Shown piece after piece: positions 49,101 through 61,400 of a DNA stretch of 64,000 nt. The stretch comes from Orbicella franksi. Its lineage: Eukaryota. The DNA lies in the NCBI GenBank assembly GCA_964199315.1, contig OZ116699.1, positions 33,046,001 through 33,110,000 of the forward strand. The letters run 5' to 3'. Numbering within the stretch: position 1 is the stretch's first letter; each line of letters opens with the position of its first letter. Under the pieces are notes generated by a model that was not told the origin of the DNA, ran no database searches, and worked only from the letters and a program-made list of their open reading frames with translations. A program made the translations under genes and the position numbers.

Positions 49101-52100
49101 CTAGAAGTTTTAGTACACTCTTTTAACTGGTTTCGCCAAAGGGTACCTTCCCCTTTATAATCAACTGAAAAACTACCAGTAAGTGGCGAACTCTGACTAC
49201 TAGTTTTAACTTCACTTTGAGGACGAATGACATTCAATTATCAGCAGCAGTCTCCGCTACATCTTAGCTCTGTGACTCCGCCAAACACCCTATGAAGCCA
49301 CAATTGAAGCTTAGATAATTTTCATGCTCGTTGCTTAAAACAAATGCAAGGTGAAGAGGAAGTGTTCACCGCTCATGACACACACATATGGTTATCTTGT
49401 ACGCTAGACTTCTGTCGCTCTCTTCCAGAGCACTGGCTCCTTTCCCAGTGACTGCTAATCAAGGTTAGCTACATTTGTATCATGAGGTAAAGCGCTTCTG
49501 GCTTGTCTCTTTATAAAGATCATTCAAACTCTTGAGTTAACTTTGCTGTGATGGCTCTCACCTTTTGTTGAACGGCCGCCATGCTTTCTTCTTGCTGTTT
49601 CTTCTTCTCCATTCTGTCCTCTTCACGTTGTTGTTGTATTTTCGCGAATTCCAGAATACGTTCATTCTCTTCTTCCATAAGATGACGCTCATGTGCCTTC
49701 CACTGAAGACAAACAAGGACAAAAACACGTGAATTAAAGCTGCTAAACCTTGTGGTTTTTTTCTGATCATACTTTTTCTACCCAGTCTTTTTTATTCACC
49801 CATAGTTGTATGGTTCAAAAGAGAACTCAAACTTACGGATTAAAGAGCAAAAACGTGGAGAAAGATAACTGTCAAATGGTACACTTAGCAAATCAAGGAA
49901 TCAGTATGTTCCACTGTTTCTCTTTTCATCTAACCACCATATCTCCTAAGTATGCACATGTGTTTTACCGAGACTGAGACCTAGGCAATGCCATTACTAA
50001 TGGTCATGTATGTTTACTTTATAATGAGTGCACTGCCTCTTTCATGCAGCCCAACTTTAGAGAATTAGTCTTCTGCTGTTTGTCAACTGACGTTTAGAGC
50101 AGTTTTCATTTGAGTGTCAAAAAGTAATTGGTTTTGCATTAACTAAGCTACACTATTGGCTTAAAAAAACTTGTGCCACTTTTTGATCCGATCAGAAGTC
50201 AGCTACATGTATATGTAATAACTTAGAGTTTTGATTAGTTCACTGTATTGTCTGTTTCCATTGTCATTGGCTAGAGTGATAAATTTGGTTTTGCTTTACA
50301 CACTCAATGGAAAACCGCTCTAGTACACTTTCCTCCCAGGGGGTACTCCCAGAAAAGTTGGGTGGGGGTGTGCGGCCCACTTCCCAAAACCCTTACCCTA
50401 TTTATGATCAAAATCTGCGAGTTTTGCTACGCTATTTATGACCTGGCCAAAAATTTGATACCCTGTTTATGACCGTTGCGACTCGCAAAGTTGCCCTAAA
50501 CATTAGTTATGAAGGGCTTTTGTTGATGGTCATATTGATAATGATGAAAAATAGCTTCCTCTGAGCAACATACCCAATTCAAGACTAGAGTGCTAAAACC
50601 ATACCCTATTTATGACCAAAATGGCTGAAAAACCCCACCCTTTGGGACCGCACATACCTATATAGCCCATATAAGGGATTTCCTCCCCCTTGGACCTACC
50701 TATACCTTTATACCTATATCTCTCAGTACCATAAGACACATAAGGCTTTGACTTTCCTTTTCCACCCATATTGATTCAGGAGTTTCATTAACTTTTCCAG
50801 TAGGAGAGCAACTGTTTCACAGGCAGGCAAACGTTTTTTTGATGTGAACTTCTCAATAACAAAAACCTTTCCTCTAGATGGTCAAACCAAGTATTCAATT
50901 TGCCCAGTGCCAGGCCATTAATGAAACCCCTGTGATTTAATTTTAGCCAGGAAATTACTCAGATTAAACATGTACTGCTCATGATAATTTGTACATAAAT
51001 CACTGACAATGACACACATCATGCCTCACTGAATTTGAAAACCAACCTCGTCTCGTTTTGTTTTGAACTCTTCAATGTACCTCTGTGTTGCCATTTGTTT
51101 CTGCAGCCTGTTTTCAAGCTCCCTGATACATAAAATACGCAAGTTTTATTTATTTCGATGTGCTCGCCTTGTCTTGTTAGCAAGCATGACATGTGGTTCC
51201 AAGAAAATGCCCAATTTTTACCAAGCAGTATGGATATATGTATTTTCTGGAGGAACACAATTATTGCTGTAAGTTGTTTAATAATTTTCCAAAACTGAGC
51301 CCATATATTAACTTGTTGTATGAATGGCTTGGTTGAGCAATAAGGACTAATAAGTGCACTTTATACTGCATGCTCCATGTTAAGTTGCAGTATCTGCATG
51401 AAAATTCAGAACTTCCAGAATGTACCACATCAGGCCTAGTAAAATACTTATTTATGGCAATCTATAACTTACCCTAGTGAGCCATGTGCAATATGCACTC
51501 TGGTATGCACAGCTGTTAGTCCACACCATGATAGAAAATATCTTTAACAATTCCAGTTCTTTGAAACCTACACTACACAACAAACATCATGCCACACACC
51601 TTTGATCTTCTTCATAAATCTTCCTCACAATTTCATCAATCATGAGTTTTTCTTTAAGGAACTCCTCGTAAGCCTCTTGTTTGCGGCGTTCCTTCTCAGC
51701 CAGTTGCCCTTCAAGCTGCTCCTGATAACGCACACTTTCTTCCCAACGTTGTTTCTCTTTCTCTCTCTCCACTTCCAATGCCCGCTGATATTCTTCTTGC
51801 ATTTTACCATGAATTTCATCATCCTTTCTCTAGATTTTAAAAAGTAAAAAAACAACGAAAAATAATGAGATTGAAATAGAGTATATTGAGCCGAGTTAAA
51901 TTGTGCTTCTGAAAGAAAAATTTCCTCCACATGGAACTAAGAATACACATTTCATGTCACTTTAATATAAATTTGGTACAACAATTTGCAAAAAAAAGTT
52001 GGCCTGAATTATTAAAAATACAGTATTTACAAATACATAGGTCAAATAATATTGAGTTATTATTATTAATAAATTATTGCATTAATAATTTATCATTTAT

Positions 52101-55100
52101 AATAACTTCATATTATTTCACCTGTTGAAATTATTTACATAATAAATCCTGACTTGAATTCTGCACGTGAACAAAATAAAGAAAACTAAAGGGAAGAAAC
52201 TTTTAAGAATCAATTAACATGCAGGTTATATGAAAATGTATCACTGCCAGAAAATATCACCATTGTCCCTTTAAAATGGTACATTATCACAAACAAACAC
52301 AACACCTTTCTGTCTTGTTCCATGACCAGCTTCTCTGCCAGTTGAGCTGACCTTTCCCGGTTCATGAAACCTGCTTTTAGCTTGGCTTCAAGCTCCCTCA
52401 ATTCAACACTTTAATCAGATGTTTAAAAAAATATCAGTAAATGAATATTTTCTGGAAAATAATGAATAAGCGAGCCCTGAACTACAATCCTGGTCAAATG
52501 TCTTGGAACACTTTGCACTTTTGCCAACATATGGTCTTTCTGTCCAACTCCCTCTCCACCACCCCCAACACAATGTTGATGTTGATTCAACCAAAGTAGA
52601 CCCACTATTCCAACATTGTTTTTTGTTGTTGTTGTTTCTTTGTTTTTTTGTTTTTTTTGTTTTGTTTTTTTTGTTTTTAATGCGTCACCAGTTGTCATTT
52701 TGTCAAGTATCCTAAGGACTTTTGGCCAGGATTGTAGTTCCAGAACTAAACGAGGTGGCAGCAGGAGTGTATATTAAAAGGGAAAGAAAGAAAAATAGTA
52801 ATAATAATTTACAACAAGATTACAAAAGATACAATGTAAAACTTACAATAGAAACAACTATAGGTAACCAAAAACATAGTAACAGTGTAATGTGCACATA
52901 CATGAGTGACTAGAATACTATGTAAATTTAGAGAACTTCTGTATCAGTCGGGAGACTTCACTATAGTCATCTTGTAACACATCAAGAAAAGTATATTAAT
53001 TAACATATTAACCTACACGGAACTTTTACAAAATTAATTCAATTTTCTTCACAGACAACTATACTTATTACATGTTCTAATGCTAAAATAAATGATCTAG
53101 CATAATAAAATGTAAATGGGAGAATTTGGTGATACGTCAGTGTGTCAAGCCCAGCACTTCATCCACTCAGCTGAAATTTGCTTTAGAGAAAAAGAATAAA
53201 AAAGGGCTAAAAAAAGTCATCTTTACCTGTTTTCTCTTATCTGCTGTGTGAGCTTTTCTTCCCGAAGACTTTCTAGTTTCACCCGTTCAAGCTCCTAAGG
53301 CAAAGCAAATCAAAACGCACAATGTTTACAACGAAACTTACGTCTGAAAAAACTTGGATTTATTTGCATGTAGTGTTACCCGAGATTTAACACAAAATGA
53401 CCTGAAAACTAATTTGACTGGCCCCAATGCAATCATAAAATCAGATACTGAATCCACAAATGTATGACTAGGTTGTTGACACGACATAGACATATTCATG
53501 TGATGTACATCCTAGTGCCGAGACAAAATGAAAAGAAACTGAATTTTCGAACTTAAATGGGCAAGCTCTAACTTCAATGTACTATCCCAAAAATCATTCT
53601 CACTGCCTCCCAAAAGTCCATCTCTTACACTACTTCAATCTGTAATTAGAGTTTCCTCAAACATTTCCCCAAGAAACTTCACTTTCCAATTGGGTAAGTG
53701 ATTGACAGAATCCACTTGTCCAACTGGAATATCCACTAGCCCCAGGCTACTGGACAGTTTCTCTGCATGCTGTGGTATATAATAGACCAATTTCGACATA
53801 TCAAAATTCAGCCTAACACAAAAAACCTCAGCACGAGGCTCTGGGGAACAAACCCTGGCACAAACTTTGTATTTATTCCTCAGAGCCTCGTACTGAGGTC
53901 TATTGTTTTAGGCTGAATTTTAATATACCGAAATTGGTCTATTCTATTAGAAATTCTGCTGTAATTAACTTTAAACTTACATGTACATGTATGTACCACC
54001 GATTAATCCACTATCCTTTACTTTACAAAGGAATGAGAAAGGAACAAATAGACTAATTGGTATGACAACCAAAGAAAGTTGGCCTCCTGTATTCTACACT
54101 CCACAGTGACCACTGAGTGCACTATAGTTTGGTAGTACTTTTCACATCATTTTACACGGAAGTCAGGTTACCAAACTGGAGAAATTTGTCAGTTTGCTTG
54201 AACACATACATTGTGTCATTCCATGGACTGAGTTTACAAGACTCTTAATTCTTTTGTCACCTCTACCAGTACAAAATTTGATGTGTAGACTAACCTTAGC
54301 AAGTCTTTCTTCCTGTTCTTGCTGCCTTTGTTGAAGCATCTTTTGCTCTTGTTGCTAGGAAAAAAAGCTTTTTGTCAACTAAAAGTTTGCGAATGAAAGT
54401 CTTTCATCATCAGCAGAAAAGAACTATGAAAATTACTGAACAGTAGAATGGATTTAAATTACTGTATGGCACCACTCCCACTTTCTTTTGCTGACCCGCT
54501 CACATTCCTTTGTGTTACCGTGAGTTGACTGTAAGCAAAGTTCAAACTTAAGGTGGTAACAGGGAAAGAAGAGGATAAATGTGCTATAGTTTTTTTTAAC
54601 ACATGTATCCCTTTCTTTCCTGTTCTCTACATTTAGTTTGAGCTTCGCTTATAGTCAACTTTCAACACCACCAATGGAATGTGGGCGGGTCAGCAAAAAG
54701 AAAGTGGGAGTGGTCGCTGTACAAAAATTTGAGCCCATTTGTTGGTTGTGGAGAAAATTTTTGTGGGAACTCTTATGAGGGATCATGGAAAAAACCACAA
54801 AGATCCCAAAAATTAGAAACTGCAAAAATTTATGGTCACACAGTATCCTAATGCCTCAGGCCAACTGACTCCTGCTGCCTGGACTTATCCTCAGTGTAGC
54901 CTTTCTATTCATTCATGGATGGGTTACTAAATAGTCCACTTCAAAGTCCCTAACCCCTCCACAGCCTAATGGTAAATTTACCAGTACACCTGGTACGAAA
55001 AAGTACTGGGAATATGGGCCAAATCTTACCCAAGGAAACAGTACATTGACCCCAAACACACTGCTTGAAAATGAATAGCTCAAAGCCAAGGCAATAACAT

Positions 55101-57885
55101 TAGTTCTGTATCCTGGTGGAATGCTAGAGTTTCCTGGAATAAACCTTTCCCAGCTCCAATAACTCATTCCAAATTCCCTATCAATATCCTTCCCCTTGGC
55201 CTGAGTAAGTACATTTATTTTATGTACATGTACAGAGCTATGTGAGGTAAACATGTACACTGTAAAACAAACAAGCTCAATATACAGGTTTGAAGTCCTA
55301 CTGTAGTTCAGCAGAAGATCTCCAACTGTAAACTCAATACTTTATTCCTGTTTGCTGGGTACAAGGTGATTATTGTCAATTGGTGCTATCCGCCTTGTTG
55401 GCTATCTATCATCTCACATCCAATGTGCACTTGTGGAATAATTTGTTAATTATTTTGTGACTAGCTCTGTGAGTGGCAAGATGAACCAAATCCTATGCAG
55501 TGATTGGCTACCCCAGCAGGCAAGTTGGGGATATCTTGCCCACTCAGGACTGCCTGCTGTACCTTACAAGAAGAGTTTGTCCTTTCTGCCATAAAATAAA
55601 TCCTTATTGACCAAGCTTGTTCAGTCAAGATGGCTGGATATTGGAGTCGTTCATTTTTGCATGCTCATGGACATCCAAGGTCCATAGACAGGCAAGAAAG
55701 AACTTGGCCAATATCTAGTGATCTTGACCTCACGCTTGCTCAATAGAGACCTTTAGATTTGACTACGGGTACCAGATTGAGTACGAGTACGATTTTCGAA
55801 TATCAAACCAGCGACGTTTCCAGAGCCCTCGCTCTTCATGTTGGTTTTAGGTAGAGAGGGTTGTTTATGGAATGAAATGGGTATGTGTTGTGATAATGTG
55901 AAGCCTGCAAACTAGAATTGAAAAGTCGTTCTCCTACTCAATCTCGTAATCGTGCTCAAATCTTAGGTCCTCTAACAATCCATTCACATCGACCATCATT
56001 ATAACACCATGTACCAATTTTAGGTTAAATGAACAAATGTAAGCAAAACTAAACTTGAGTATTCAAGGTTACAGTATACCTTCAGATCGGCAATTTTCTT
56101 CAAATTTGGATTTTTGGTTCAAAGTAATGGTCGAAGAGTAATCTCTAATTTCTGAAAACAAAATTGAAAAAAACTCAATATTGGCGGAGAAATGGAGGTT
56201 TAATGTTACGGCCGGAAGTAAAAGTTCCCTCTTGATTGACAGCCCTATAACGTGTACGCAATCAACCGAGACTACTTTCGCGGGAATATATGGATACCAC
56301 GAATTGGCTGGCTACTCAGATCCAAGCATTTTTCGTATTAGATGTAATTCTATTAAGTTATAAGTAAACATGGACCACGGAAAACTCTGTTTACCAGTTC
56401 GAAAAAGCGAAGAACGAATGAAAACACATCAATGAGTGAAGAAGCGAAAGTTGGCCTCGCGGATGAAGCTATAGCTATCGTATCAAGCAGGCAAAAAGAT
56501 CGAGTCAAGAGTAGAGAAAGATTCTGTAAAAGTTTGGGAACTCGACAGCTATAACAGCGACATGTACATTGACTCTTTTGTTGAGTCCGATACCGATGAA
56601 TCGCCCAACTCATTGAGACCCATTGGAATATTATCCATGCACATTTGCTCCGCCGCACTTTCTTTTGTTCAGTTTGTTTTCGTCGCCCAGCCACTCTAGC
56701 GTTCGTATCCTTTTTCGTCTTCCCCATTTTGCCAGACCAGCTTCAAGAAAAACCGAGCTACAGAAAAATTATCTCTCCGCCTTGAGCGCATTGCAAAACT
56801 CAAGGGTTTTTTCGAGATTCACGCGTAAATTTCACCGCGAGTTAATGGTAGTAAATTTTCCAAGCGCTGATTGGCTCAGTGATCTGAGAACCCAGTTGAA
56901 GGCGTTTGTGGGCGGAGTTTGTTTGCGAAGCAAGAGATTTTTCTTAGCGCTGTTTTCTCGAATAAATATTTTCGCTTGAAGCAGACACTTTAAAGAGTTA
57001 CAACTCAAAGGGGATTTGTTTGATTGCCCTCAAATTTGGACAGTAGCTAGATTAACATATAAAAAACAAAAATGTGTCTGCGAATTGTTTATTTCGAAAT
57101 ATTTTTTCTCCGAGAGCAATTTTTGTACGATCACTTCACATTTTTAAAGTCCTATTTTGAAAATGTTCTGTAACTTTTTACTGCAATTGAATGTGGCAAA
57201 ACGCAGACACGCTTTTTTAGCGCTTTTTGTCCTGAAACCGGGGAAAAAAATAAATTGGCGAAAAACAAAATTCGCTTTGACTTGTAGCTTCCAAAAGGTG
57301 ATTAGGACGTTCGCATTTAGTGGCCGTGAAAAAATCGGCACTTCATTTTATTTCAAAATTTTTGGTATGGTTTGATAGCCAGCTCTATAAGCTTTAATTT
57401 GATATAGGGGTTTAGGTATCTACAGCTTAAACCGAACGCGCTACATCGTTTGGACGTGAGACACCCCTGAAGGTATACGGTAACCTGAAATCAATAAAGT
57501 AGGAAGCTTTTACTTTTCTAATTCCCTCGTCCATTTCTCTTTCAGTCGCTTCCTGATGAAGCCGCCGCAGAAACCGTTTGTTTTCTATTCTTTCTTCACT
57601 GGCCATGTTAGCTTCCAATATTCTTTCCTGGTTGATTCGCTTTACTTGATCCTCCCGCGCGATCTCTTTTCTCCTGTTGTTAGCAAGAAGCTTTTGCTGC
57701 TGGGCATGGCTGAGATTCATTCGTCGCACAGAGGCCTAGTATAAATAATACAAAAACAACCTGGGCGGTGAATAAATGCCACATAGAGTAGAGTCCATCG
57801 TTTCGATCACTTCATCGATCAAAGCTAAATATCGACATAAATTTGCTGCAGAATAACAGAAGACAAAGGTACCAATACTTACCAT
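46109..57885 (-). CDS. MNS1: Meiosis-specific nuclear structural protein 1 (ciliary/flagellar coiled-coil protein), complete, 501 aa
   Basis: Exons: ATG 57885-57883, 57735-57514, 54354-54295, 53294-53227, 52408-52306, 51829-51600, 51122-51047, 49702-49562, 48926-48877, 48476-48419, 47571-47449, 47038-46904, 46809-46684, 46219-46109 = 1506 nt in frame. Hallmarks ELRELEAKLKAGFMNRER, QEAYEEFLKEKLMIDEIVRKIYEEDQ, KFAEDDRIEQMNAQKRRMKQLEHKRAVEKLIE, LLGFLPKGV. Confidence 0.95.
50095..50322. mobile_element. MITE in a MNS1 intron
   Basis: TIRs TAGAGCAGTTTTCATTTGAGTGT and ACACTCAATGGAAAACCGCTCTA. Confidence 0.7.
50336..50690. repeat. Non-autonomous element with internal CCCTATTTATGACC repeats
   Basis: Starts CCCAGGGGGTACTCCCAG; CCCT.TTTATGA motif recurs four times; ends in a degenerate CCTCCCCC. 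Confidence 0.55.
53781..53943. mobile_element. MITE with AATAGACCAATTTCG TIRs
   Basis: AATAGACCAATTTCGACATATCAAAATTCAGCCTAA mirrored by TTAGGCTGAATTTTAATATACCGAAATTGGTCTATT. Confidence 0.8.
55744..55974. mobile_element. MITE adjacent to another repeat at ~55470-55743
   Basis: TIRs TAGAGACCTTTAGATTTGA and TCAAATCTTAGGTCCTCTA; the preceding repeat has an internal inverted pair GTCAAGATGGCTGGATATTGG / CCAATATCTAGTGATCTTGAC. Confidence 0.6.
56370..56995 (-). mobile_element. Probable DNA transposon left end with promoter and truncated ORF (Kolobok/piggyBac-like TTAA end, uncertain)
   Basis: Minus strand: TTAA|AGTGTCTGC..., GC box (CTCCGCCC), CCAAT, then ATG 56727 of a basic ORF MGKTKKDTNARVAGRRKQTEQKKVRRSK that decays; no matching right end seen. 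Confidence 0.4.
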
Positions 57886-58203
57886 AATTCTACCACGAAA
57901 TAGCAAAAATAAATGAAATACTGTACAGGAAACTCTATGGCTGCTTTTCAAACCGCAAAAGTGCAATACAGATATGGAAAATGCTTGATAACTCTGGAAA
58001 ATCTTCGACCTCGATTCACTTGCTTGCAAATTGTGTCTGTTGCTGTAACAACCAGCTTATAGCCTCGTTTTCATGCTCTCCCTAGTTTCCCTCGCCGCCG
58101 TTTGCTCGACCCAGTTTCTCCAGTTTCCTTTGGCGCACGGGTTACTAAAACCTAATTTACACCCAATAAAGTAAAAACAATGTTTTCCTGTACAAATATA
58201 ATT

Positions 58204-58217
58204 GTTGTCATGACAAC
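58204..58217. promoter_or_regulatory. RFX X-box (perfect palindrome GTTGTCATGACAAC) in the MNS1/RBPMS divergent promoter
   Basis: Fits consensus GTHNYYATRRNAAC; about 320 bp upstream of the MNS1 ATG and 270 bp upstream of the RBPMS ATG. Confidence 0.7.
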
Positions 58218-58484
58218 TAAAGCGTCTTGGTGGGATTCCTTTCACGTGGAACTAGCAATGGAATGTCACGGGGGAAAGAAAATTGTTACGTCATGCAGAG
58301 TTACCTGTTGGTTGTACCATGCAGCTGCGGGGAATAGCAGAGGCCATTTTAATATTGTAGAAGGTTGTAATGCTTTTCATGTTGTTACACTGCACGTTAC
58401 AAGCACCTCTGCACCTAAAGCACTAACACTGTCACTGAGCCGAGTGAGCCTTGCGCACAGCACTAGTGAGGTGCAACTAGGGCC

Positions 58485-61400
58485 ATGGAGGCAAAATCGA
58501 CTTCTGATGACGAGGTTTGGAGCACTTATGCCGCTAGCGTTAGCGCAGATAGAAGTAGCAGAGTGTTCCCCACACCCAGGCGTCTGTAACATTTTGATGC
58601 TTTCTCTTGTAGGTTCGGACCCTGTTTGTGAGCGGTTTACCAATCGATGTTAAACCTCGTGAAATCTACCTCCTTTTCAGAGGCTTCAAGGTACGCTGCG
58701 CTTTCTTCGCTTCAAGTGTTTTGTCGCGAACATTCTCAACGCCGCTCGGCTGAAAATGCCGAAAAGCAAGGCATTAAACTTAAATAGGGTTTGACAAGCC
58801 ATAAGACCTCTCTAAACGAATCAGCGAGGTCTTCGCGCCTCTAAGTAAACTTATGTTACCGTTAACTATCTAAATGAGTTTGTCAAAGTTTTGAAATCGA
58901 CTTGGTCAAGGTCGCGGAGTTCAACTACATTTTGACGAAAACAAATGAATATTGAAAAGCGTTCGTTTCCCTTCGAGTAGCTTTCATCTGAATAATAACA
59001 GTGTACTGTTTTTGTAAGATCTGGAGCCTCTGGTTTTGACAAAAGAGTTAAGTATATTGTTTGAAAGAAGTTTGTTCAACTTTGGTTCTCCTTCAAAGTC
59101 AGGCACTCACATTTTGCAAATATTTGCAATGCGCCTTGTGCCGCCATTATAAAAAAACGAAAGCGATTTACTGTGTTAAGCTAACTCATCGTATATGCAA
59201 ACAACAAAACAAAGAAGCGGCTTATGAGCTCTTCTTTATTATTTACAGGAATGTACACGGTTGAAATTTGACGGACAACCGTCAAGTAAAGCGGAGGATG
59301 TCTTATTCCAAGACTTTCCGGGGTTATAAAGTGAAAACGGTTGCAAATTTTGCGCTGTAAAATGAAACGAGTACGTAATTATCACTTCTCTACGCTTATG
59401 AGTCCAGGAGCAATTAGGGACAAGGAAAGCTAATTAGGTGTTCAAAATGAATAGACAGAGTTTTGAACGCGACATGTGGTTAGCGAATATTTGCATTGAA
59501 GGTGATTAGTTGAGACAAGCCGGGTTTGCGATACATCTGTGATAGGTAGTCGCTTTGAAAGCACAATCTAAGTTCAGTGCCTTAGTGAGCACTATTATGG
59601 GTGTTCCTTGGAGTAATGTTTACACCCGGCTCAAAATCCGAGTAGTTACTTGAAAACTGTTAAATAGTAAACCGTAAATACTCTACATTCACTTCAACCG
59701 GAATGCTCCTATTTGTCAACAGTTGAAAAGAATTAACTGTACGGGCATGATTTGCAAACTAAATAGAGGCAAATTCATCTCACACTGCTAACATTACAAT
59801 ACGTTTAAACTGATCTCGGGCAAAAACAATTTCTTTTTCGATTATCGATCTTCTACTTCAAAACCTATCATTCTGTTTTATTCTCCACTATTTATATTAT
59901 CTTTTCGCCAAATTCAAAATCTCAGGGATAACAGTGGAATACAGTCGAATATCCTTCTCGATAACCAAATCATTTGGGCGGATTCGTCATTACCATAATT
60001 TTGTCGCTTTTGCTGCAGTTTGTTTTCTTTTTCGAATTCAAGAACCTTCCTGGGAGTATTTTTGATCAAGAATACACGAAAAGATATCTATTTGTTTCTT
60101 TAAGTGTCTTTTTCTCGGCGCGGTGTGCGTTCCGGTTCTCGGCCAAACAACAACAGACTGACATATTTTGAAAATATCTGGTCAACTCCCTTCTCAATCG
60201 ATTTACTTGCCTTCTTTGCATAACAACAAAACATAACATTGCATACACCTTTATCTAACCAATATTAAGCTCTTGGATGATGCAGTCCAATATAAGTCCT
60301 TTCAGCGGGTGAAGTCAGTTTTCATGAGGTTCATATAAGAGGCTATATCATTTTCGTCCCGATTTTTGTTAAAGTAAGGTAGACTTAAGAAAACGGCGAT
60401 TCGTTATGTTTGGGCGACATTTATTGTAGATTAAACCTTCAATGTTGTTTTAGTATTTTCACGTTGTCAAGCGGAATGAATTTTTCTTAGTCAAGCTGTT
60501 GCAAGCCAGCGCAAGATCTCCCGTGAGAGTATTACGCATTGAAATCCCATGTATTCTAACTCAATTTGAAAAATTCTACAGTTGTTTCGTTTTGATTGTT
60601 CCAGGGTTACGAAGGATCACTACTAAAACTTACGGATAAACAGGTAAGAATAATTTCTTAGCAGGGAGGAAAAAGTAATTATCAGTTGACTTTGTGTTCA
60701 GCTATATCCTGTTGAATAATATATCTGTAGTATTATGGTGATAAACTTATATTAACTCCGACTTCAGTAGATAAATGCAGTATAGCACTAACAGTTTATT
60801 ACTGTTTGAGACTCGGAAAAAATATACCAGCGTATTTTTAAACACAGACGAAATCCATATTTTATATTTTTAGTAATCTACAGTTGTTTCTATGCACTTT
60901 AAAGATTAAAAATATCTGCTTTCTAGGCCTGATTGCCAATGTCTCATTTTAGCTGTTTGCTAGAATCTATTTAAACCGTACAATTTTGTTAAGATTATAA
61001 ATGTTTTCAACTGGGGTATGATTTTGGTCAACACATTTCAAAGTTTAACACTTTTTGCCTCTTTGTATGGGAGGTAATTAACAACGTTAATCGATCAAAA
61101 GAAAACCGAAGAAAGCACAGTGTGAATGTTGCGGTTTTCAGAAGTGCTTTGACAAAATAATTTGAGCCAAGCTGTGAACAGGAAAATACACTAAAGGACA
61201 TTTCACACGAACAAAGTTCAACCAAGAACTGCTCTCTTTTTGTTATTTTGCGAGGTCGCCGTGCGAAACGAAGATGGCATTACAAGACGTTTTGCATAGA
61301 ACTGAACTGATTTTTGATGGAAATATTCGTTCTTCATAGCTGAATTGATTTCCTGCAATTTTTTTTTTGTCTCGTCTAAACTAAGTCAGTCAATTGTGAA

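Noticed and set aside
53622-53634. 13-bp match CTCTTACACTACT to the Polinton-type terminus
   Set aside because: Similarity does not extend inward; compatible with chance.
54913-55260. 115-aa ORF in a MNS1 intron
   Set aside because: No motif on either strand, no splice support.
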